64,000 nucleotides of DNA from Auanema rhodensis (lineage: Eukaryota; Animalia; Nematoda). Where the stretch lies: NCBI GenBank assembly GCA_964057225.1, contig OZ059897.1:5766001-5830000 (forward strand), read 5' to 3'. The position numbers and the translations under genes were made by a program. Of this stretch, positions 20,114-29,051 are shown piece by piece (the stretch's first letter is position 1; the number at the start of each line of letters is the position of its first letter). The notes under the pieces are model-generated. The model was given only the letters and a program-made list of their open reading frames with translations. It ran no database searches and had not been told where the DNA came from.

Positions 20114-23110
20114 TTGTATTAGAATGCAACCGACCTCAGGTCTTGCGAAAATTAAAAATGATTCTGTCGGGACGTGGTGTGCGTGAGGCAACACCTTGAT
20201 ATGCTAATGAGCTTTAAACCAGTACATATAAGGAATGCTTAATCAAAGGTTGGATTAAGTTTTTTCCATCTTTTTCAAGTTGTATCAATCATGTATCAAT
20301 CATGTATCAATATTAAATTTATCTTAATGCCAATCCTTATTGAATGAATATGATGCGATGTGATTATAAGTTTTATTTTTTGGTATATTAAAGTTTATTT
20401 ATATCAGATCGTTGTTTATTCAAAGTTTATTTATTTTATTTTATTTTAATATGAAGGTATAATTTGAAATCTGAGAATATTAGAGAGCTGGTAAGGAATC
20501 TAGCCTGTGGTAGAGTTCTCCAAAGGTTTTTTCTGTGAGCCAAGGTGTGAACATGATGGGAATCCAATACATCCCATAACGTTATAAGAAGATTATCTTA
20601 TGGGAAGACTGTTAGTAGAGAATATAACCTATCCTTTCAATGAAAAAGCGATTTGCCAGCTGTACTGATAATTAGTGATCGTAAGATCAACTTTAGGAAT
20701 TGTTTTCAACTTATTTATAATCTTCAAACTTTTATTAAAACAATATGAAACTCTGGATGTTCTCTGAATTGCTCTTCAAATATATTTATGAACTTGATTC
20801 AAATTTATTTTCAACAGAAAATATATCCTATGGTTACAATACATCTGCTGTCATCTGTTATCACTTTATGAACCAAGTGTTGATGAAAAATTTCCATAAC
20901 ATGTTCATAAATGATAAAAATGCTGTAAGGTTATCAATCAATTATCTAAAGCTTGTTCAAAACTTTTTCAGATTCTTTAACCTCTGTTGACCTTAAAAGT
21001 ACAAGTGTATAAGACCCAAAGCTATTTGGACATAAGATCCTTCATATTAGGCTCATGTTCTTCTTGCCTCACGTATTCATTGTTATTTGACTTCTGTTTG
21101 GTTATTTTCGGCAACCTAGATGGGAAATGCAACTCTTTTTCTCATTCATGAGTCAAACCTTCGACCACCTCATCATTATCATAAGTTCGCATAGTCATTC
21201 TACATTATGTGTTCGTTCTGTCTGCTCTTCCAAATTTTTCAAAAATCTCCTTAACATCTTTATTCAATGAAGTTTCTATGCATATCGAGATATCAACCTT
21301 TTGTGATCATCAATTCTTAATTTCAAAGCCAAATTCTCTTTTCATGTAAGCTTCCCTCCCCGAAAGACTTGTCGAACCTTAACTGATCAAACTACAATTA
21401 CTTCTATTTCCGACCCAGTGTATTTTTACCTCCATTCAAAGAGATTCATTGAACGGAATTGAATCGATTCTTTGTTTTTTCTTATTTTAAGAACGATTTT
21501 CTTCAAATATACCGAACTCGTTGGAATTATATTCATTTATATTTAAATTAGACAATTGTTTCTCATATTATTGTTGTTTTGTTTTTCCTTTTTTTGAACT
21601 TCATGCAAGGTATAGTAATTCCGTTTTCTTACAATAGATATCATAAGCCAACGGCACCATTGAAACTGACATCACCTTTGAAACAAACATTCCTCTCTTC
21701 CCTTTAGTGCTGATTCCTCCATTTACCCTCAACTTTCGAATATTGGAAGGAAATACGTGAATCACGATTTGTGCCACTCCATATATAGCATTTTGTGCTA
21801 TTATGTTTATAACTGCAGCTTATAATTTTTAAATTTTATCACTATTCTGTTAGCTTAATCATGTTTAAAAGAGTTTTAAAACTTCTCATTCATCTATTTT
21901 TCAGAATTAACACTATGTTTGCTAACACCATCTTTACTATATCTACTGATGATTCTTCTAAGGTTAGTGATTTTTTGTTTTTCATTATTTTATTATTCTC
22001 TGTATGTTGACAAGATAAACTTTCTTGTTTTAGGCTCAGAAATCTCAAAAAGAACGACAACGTCGTGAGCGTGAAAGCAATGAGTTGAGCGAAATGAAGC
22101 AATTCTTACTTGATGAGAATCCAAACATTTTTTCCAAAATGGAAAAAGCTGATGTACTACAACAAGCGAATATTTATCTCCGCACATCTAAACGTAAATA
22201 TACAATTTACAAAATTCTGTTTAAATTGATAATTTTAGAATATATGTATCAACTAGAGAAGGAAAAAAGCCAATGGAAGAACGAATCTAGCCAATGGGAA
22301 TATAAATACAACCAACTTGAAAATATCTTAAAGTATATCAGAAGTTGAAGTAGAAAGTTCACATTCTTTTTTATTTTCAGAGATGTTATGTCAGCTGGTT
22401 TGCTACAAGCTTCACCTTCATCAGAGGAAAGTTTCAGCCCAGATCGTATGATTCGATCAGAAATTCTTTATGACGATTCTATTAATTCCTCTCCAACAAA
22501 TACTTCATCAGATGATATGGATTGCTCTTCTGTTGAGATGAGCCCTGTAGGTCTAATGATTTCCGGTAACACTACTCCTCACTTACCTCGAAAACACAAC
22601 CTTCCACGTAATATCTCATCTAAATCCGAATCTGTGTGGCATCCGTGGGAATAAGCTGTTTCTATATCTATTTTGGGTATTTGTTTTCGTTTTTGATTGT
22701 TAATACTTAAATTCCTTGTTGTGATAATGCATAACGATGCAAAAATTGTATTTTACTTAACTATAAGGTTTCAACAAAAGATTTTTGTTAATATTATAAT
22801 ATATTTCTATTTGAAGGTTAATAAACTTTGTATATTATATAATACTTTTCTTGTTCTTAACTATATCTAATACATATTTTTCTCAGAATATCATGGGAAA
22901 CTTGTATTAGAATGCAACCGACCTCAGGTCTTGCGAAAATTAAAAATGATTCTGTCGGGACGTGGTGTGCGTGAGGCAACACCTTGATATGCTAATGAGC
23001 TTTAAACCAGTACATATAAGGAATGCTTAATCAAAGGTTGGATTAAGTTTTTTCCATCTTTTTCAAGTTGTATCAATCATGTATCAATCATGTATCAATA
23101 TTAAATTTAT
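20114..23110. repeat. Right arm (~3.0 kb) of the large inverted repeat
   Basis: Begins TTGTATTAGAATGC (pairs with 18481-18494) and ends TTAAATTTAT (pairs with 15507-15516). Confidence 0.97.
21915..22654 (+). CDS. HES/REF-1-related bHLH + zipper protein, copy C (inverted duplicate of copy A)
   Basis: TTTTTCAG acceptor ending at 21904, ATG at 21915, three GT-AG introns, same protein as copy A. Confidence 0.85.
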
Positions 23111-26100
23111 TCGAGGGTTTCCGTATTCTTTGCTTTTTCTGTTTGTTGTTTCAAACTTTTCATAAATCTCCTTAACATCTTTATTCAATGAAGTTTTTAC
23201 GCATTCGCATATCGTGATATCAACCTTTCTTAATCATCAACTCTTAATTTCAAATACAAATACATATTCTAATGGTATACATCATTTCAAACAAAAATCA
23301 TAATTCTTAGTTAAAAAAAATCTATGTACATGAAAGACATTGTAGTTTGAAGAAATTTTTGAAGCTTTTCAGAAAGCTGCTAGTTCTTGAAGAACATGTA
23401 ACTTCTGCATTGGCAGTGTTTCGTGGGTTTTTTTGGTTTGAAAAGTACATTTATATATACACACATTGCGACCATTTGGGGAAACAAAATGATGAAACGG
23501 AAATTTTAATTTCCAAGCTAAGGCAACTCAGGTTTTTTTTTCTAGTTTTGTGGCTGACCAATCGACTCTTCGTGTCAACAGTTACAGGTTGGGGAGCCAA
23601 ACTGATCCTGGCAAGATGTCAGAAGAGCTTGGCATCATTTTTTTTGGAAATCTGGGACAGAAGAAAGGGCACTCTCTCCCGTAGAAATAACTTTGCAGTT
23701 TCAGGGTAGAAGAGTTGATGGGTCCTGTACACATCACCGGGGCTGAAATGCCGACCGGTGTAACCGATACGACGACAAAATTTATAAAAATAACATCTGA
23801 AAATAAAAATAAAATTGCCGATTATGTAAGATTTTAAAACTTACATATATAGTTGAAAGTATGTATGAGAATATGTATTTGAAATGACAAAAAGTTGATA
23901 GAAACTCCTCAGATGGTTACACTTCCACTCATTCAATATCAAACATCATAGAAAATTTGGATGTTCTTAATGTTCAGACTATTACGAGGTTTAATCCCCC
24001 CAAAAGCACTGACAGGCATCCCAAGTTTGACGTGATTGAATCCTTCAGATCTTACTGGATTCCTAAAATGAGATATTTTAATATTAACGTACTTGAAAAC
24101 TAAAACAAATCACATGAAACAAGGCTAGAAAAAATATAATATATTGTATAATTATGAAATTTCGAATAGTTAAATGTACAATGAGGGAGACGGATGAAAT
24201 TCGTAAGGCCTCGGGCGACATGCACTAGTTATGAGTGAACATCTATAAAGATGAAAGAGGATGAGAAGAGAAATACAATGAGTGAGAAAGCGAAAGAGAA
24301 AATAGGAGAAAAGAGAAATGCGACCATCCTGTACGTTGAATATGCGCAAAATGAAGATTTAGATTTAGAAACTGTCACATGACCCAACCGTCAAATTACA
24401 ATTTTATAATCTGTGCAAAACTATTAGCAGTTTCATTAAGTTATTTCAAAAATGTAATAAATTTTAGTTTATTGGAAGTATTATAAAAACTTTTCTTCTT
24501 TCGTTTTCTTATACTATACATCTAATGAAATTTCAAAAAAGGTATGTAATGATTACCTGACAACATGAAATAAATGAAAAAAAATTAATGAAGTACTTGA
24601 GAGTATTCATTATGAAATAAATAATAACTAAAACTCCTCATATATACTTCTTTTATTAGTGAAATGAAAAAATTAAGAAGGCTTCAAAGTTGAGCGGATT
24701 CGTATAGCGCTTTCATGCATCAACCGCGGAGTAGATTCCAAACAATCGTCCGCCCTGCTGGAGCTGGACTGCTGCTGAGATAGCGCAACAAACGAGGAGA
24801 GAGTGGACAGCCAGCCGGGAATTTCATACAATGAATCGGAGGGCTGGCATTTGCAAATGTCTGAACAACTCGCCTCCCCTTTCCTCTCTCTCTCCCTCTC
24901 TTTCTTTTCCACACTCATATTTTCCTGCAATCTATCATGTCCAGTATGAACTTGCCACCCCCCCCAAAACTGGAGTTTTCAAAATTCATATAATAGCAGA
25001 ACTGGACAAGAAAATCTGATTGCTGCGAAATAGTTAAATAAAATTATAAAATACTGGTGCATCCCTTGAATGAACTAGAATATATAATATACAACATGAT
25101 GAAACTGAATAAATGTCATCCTATTCTAAAAGAACATAACGAGAATTCAATTTAAATATGAAATTGTTGAAACGTATAATTTTGTGTTACCTCAAGACAT
25201 ACTGAACTGTAGGTATTATGTAATAAAAATGTCACTCAGCAACAAAATTATGAAGAAAGAAGTAAAATAAAGCGGCTAGTATTTGGGCCAGACATTACGA
25301 AATGCTCCTATTGCACAACCAGCTTGTCCTTAGATCATGGCGAATACCCGGACACGATAACGGCCATTCGATGGAAATATAATGAATATTTGAAGCAGAC
25401 AAGTCATAGAGAGTGTGTGACAACTACATTTGAGGAGCACATAGACAAGTCGACATTGGAGGTATTATTTATGTCTGAGAGCTTGCAGACAACTGCTATC
25501 GGTCAGACAGCCCATTGCGTAATGGCTCGCTGGCTCGCGCTGGCTCGTGGCTTTGCCCAGTTAGTTCCCTTGTCTCTGCTCTCACTATTTCATTCAGTGT
25601 CTTTCTCACTCTAACTGGTCAAGATCTCATACTGGAGAGAACACTATTTCTATTCTCTCTCGTCTCCTTTTCTCTATTTCTCCGTTATTTTCTTTCTCTC
25701 GTTTATAATGTTCATATTGTAGATATGCATTATACTATTCTGATCTCTCTCTATCTTCTTCTATCTCTCTCCTCGCTCTCCTCTCCTAATTTCTCCTGAC
25801 TCTTTAAACTTTATAATTCCCTCTTTCATAGTTTCACTTACTAAGTCTCTTATTTCGTTCCAATACCTCATATTCTTCTCATTTCATTTCATCGACTATC
25901 TCTTCTCTCACTCCCTCTTTCTCTCTCTCCCTCTCTTTTCTGCTTCGTTGTATTCGTTTCTACGGGCTTTTCGCATAGCTAAATGCGAGGGCAAGTGCAA
26001 GTGTAATGCTATTCCACTCTAGCACAATCATATTTCGCGCATAGCAACACTATACATCATCTGTGGAGCATAAATGGGTATAAAACTAAATCTGTTAATA

Positions 26101-28257
26101 CTCCAATATAGTAATATTATTCTAAAGTATATATTATAATTAAAAAGGATTTACTAAAGCAGTTAGTGATAACACATAATATTCTATTCATGTGTTAATT
26201 GATTTTCCATACTAATCTTCTAATTCGTAATAAAGATAATGGGGAAAGAGTAATATATAAGAGAAAAGAGAAACAGAGAAAGCTTTAATGATTCTAATAA
26301 TCGTACATTAGTCAGTTTCAAACTACATCCGACTTATAGAAATAGTAATAATATTGTTTGAGCAATGCTTGGGTCAATAACACGATGAAATGGAAATAAA
26401 AATGAAAATCAGCTCATAAAACAGTGAAATATGATTTTGAGATGCTGATGCTGATGATAGTAAACATAGAGTGCACGACAGACATTATAAACAGCTCTTT
26501 GTGTCTTCTATAGTTTGATGAGAGCACAGTTCTGTGAAATGGACAGAATGATTGCAAACCATAAGTATAAATAAAATGAAGATTATATATTTAGAAATTT
26601 AAGACGAAAGGGAACGTCGCCGTAGTTCAAATGAAGCGAGCGTCTGGCTTATCTTTTGTTGAAATGTGGACGGAGAGCGAATTTGAAGGTTTCGCATATG
26701 TATGAAGATGATATGCAAATCACACAAAACGTAAAGATGGAGAGAAAATGAAGAAAGGGAGAGGAGACGAGAACGCTCATGGTACGATGAGGATATCGGA
26801 GTTTAGAGACAGTGATATATCAAGAGAAAAGTGAAAATCGGTTCTTGCCCAATGTTCCTTGTTCCTTTCTTCATCTCCTTATTTCATCTAGCTTCTCAGG
26901 AGAATTATCTTTCTTTTCTACTTTCATCATTATTCTTGTCTATCTTCGTTTCAACCTGAAACTGCCCTTTATTAGATTCTTCAATAAGGCGATCTTCTCA
27001 TCTCATCTCTATAAATTTCTTTCGAGATCAACGAACCTGAATTTGAAATTCATTTGAGTCTCCGTTATACTCTACGATTTCTCATAATCGAACGGTATAT
27101 CATTCAAGTTGTCTCTTCCTCTCAGATACTATTTCATTGTTATAATAAATTCGCAATCTGTACCACAATAAAATATATGCATGTGGCATTTGAATACAAG
27201 AGATCCTTCTTTGAATTATTATATATTAAAGTTCCTAAGTTGATCTTTTATTTCTTGCAGTGGTGGTCTCCTATCTCAGAAATATGCAGTTACATGGTAG
27301 TCTTCAAATCAGTAGAAAATAGCATATTCTGATAAATTGTGTCAAACATAATATTATATATTACAACACCTGAATTATGACGCAAATCACGTTTAAGTTT
27401 AATTATAAAGATTTAAAGTTAATAAATAAAACAAAATTAGAAAAAAACTACTTAATTATAATTATAATTATAATAATAAAAATAAAAATAAAATTAACGT
27501 ACCTTAAAATATTAATAATAATAATTGTTGTATGCAACCGCTCTCCACGTAACTTTGTTTGAAATGAATTTGACACGTGCCGCACGTTTCTTACCATATT
27601 AAGTTATTTACAATGCATTTTATATGCTAATTACATATTTCATTATATTTAAATATCATGAATCAAGTTCTTTTGCTATAAAAAGATGTTTACTAAAAGA
27701 TATTTGGTAGTGTGAGAAAAGTAAATAAAGTCAATAATCGTTGTACTGATAACATGGGAATCTTTTAGTAAAAATGCAAAGCAGTAAAAAGATTTTCTTC
27801 AAACAATCATTTTTCAAATACTTTATTATGCTTTTTATAAAAACAAAATTACATTTTAAAACAATATATCTCCAAATTATTATTTTTTTCTTTTGTTTTT
27901 TTTAGAAAAAAAAATGCACAATTAATTAACAACTGTCATAAGTGTTCATACACGTAGTTGAGATCAAAATCCTAATGATTTGCAGTTTCTACCTTAAGCT
28001 GTTAGATTAAATAATCCAGCAGATGAAATTTTAGTAGAAATGCAAGCCATACGAGGAACATTTGGAATTTTAATGGCTATAATGCATACCAAATGATATG
28101 CTATACGTTCGATACGTATATACAAATTGGAGTAAAAAATGTTGGGAAAGTCAAAAAGTACAGGGATGTACTTCATTAACATGGCATGATTTGGATAATT
28201 TGGGAAGATGTATAGAAATACGACTAGGTATTGGTTATAATACAGAAAATGTGAGAC

Positions 28258-29051
28258 TTAAAGATAGGGCTGCCACACCGTTTTCCTAGGCTGAGACCGA
28301 ATAGTTGTTTCGAGTTTAGTTGGAGATACAGAATGGCAATGTCTCGAATCTTCTGGGGATTCAGATGGCGATGATGTTGGTGTTAATGGAGTCCATTTGC
28401 CAGAATTTGAGGGCATGTTACCGTTCCCTGTTGCACATGTTGTTGGTGATGTTCCTCGAAAAATGGCAGGATTTGTTTGAATCATAGAATTTCTTAAACG
28501 TAATTATTTTCATGATTTGGAGAAATTGTTGTACTCACCTCAAATGTGTTACAAGTCCCAAATGAAATTGTTGAGCACGAGCATCTGTCTGTGGTGGCAT
28601 CATCATGGCTAGGTATGTGAAAACAGCTCGAGAGCACTGAGTAAATCCTTCTTCTATTCCTTCCAGTCTACCCTTCTCATATGCTTCTTGAGCTTCTGAA
28701 CAGAGACATTAATTCACTACATTTATTCAAATCTTACTAATGACATCTTGAGGAATTCCACGCTGTTGCTGTAATTGGCGAATACTGATTACTGTACGTT
28801 CTAGTATATCCGCTTTTTCAAGTTTAGTGACTCTGAAATTAAAATTAATCTTTTGAACAATGAGAAACTCAATTCTACCTATCATGTGGAGCAAATTGAA
28901 GTAAAAATTCTTTTAAATTATTCAAAGAATCATTTATTCTCTGTCTTCTCATTTTCTCCATCATAGGTTTTTTAATTTTTCTATCACGAGTAGCATGTAG
29001 TAGCAGATCTGCTTGATAAGATGAACGTGATGTTGTCGGAAAACAAGACAT
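28258..29051 (-). CDS. Hairy/E(spl)-family bHLH-Orange transcriptional repressor (lin-22/hairy-like), 4 exons, ends VWQPYL
   Basis: Basic region with the HES proline (RKIKKPMMEKMRRQRINDSLNNLKEFL); helix 2 (KLEKADILERTV); Orange domain (EGFTQCSRAVFTYL...LVTHL); S/T/P-rich linker; WRPW/WRPY-like tail. Confidence 0.92.

Noticed and set aside
20166-20190. GTCGGGACGTGGTGTGCGTG loosely like the 7SL/Alu 5' end
   Set aside because: No further SRP RNA features, Pol III boxes or terminator
15507-23110. Palindrome as a DNA transposon with long terminal inverted repeats
   Set aside because: No transposase, no evident target-site duplication, and the arms consist of host genes
23331-23350. TGAAAGACAT resembling the miR-71 5' end
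   Set aside because: 3' half diverges and there is no complementary star arm
23735-23757. TCACCGGG start resembling a miR-35-family mature miRNA
   Set aside because: No ~60-nt precursor with it on the 3' arm; only a short local hairpin
24673-27562. Several 60-96 aa ORFs in the spacer between the bHLH genes
   Set aside because: CT/GA-rich low-complexity translations without splice or domain support; more likely regulatory DNA
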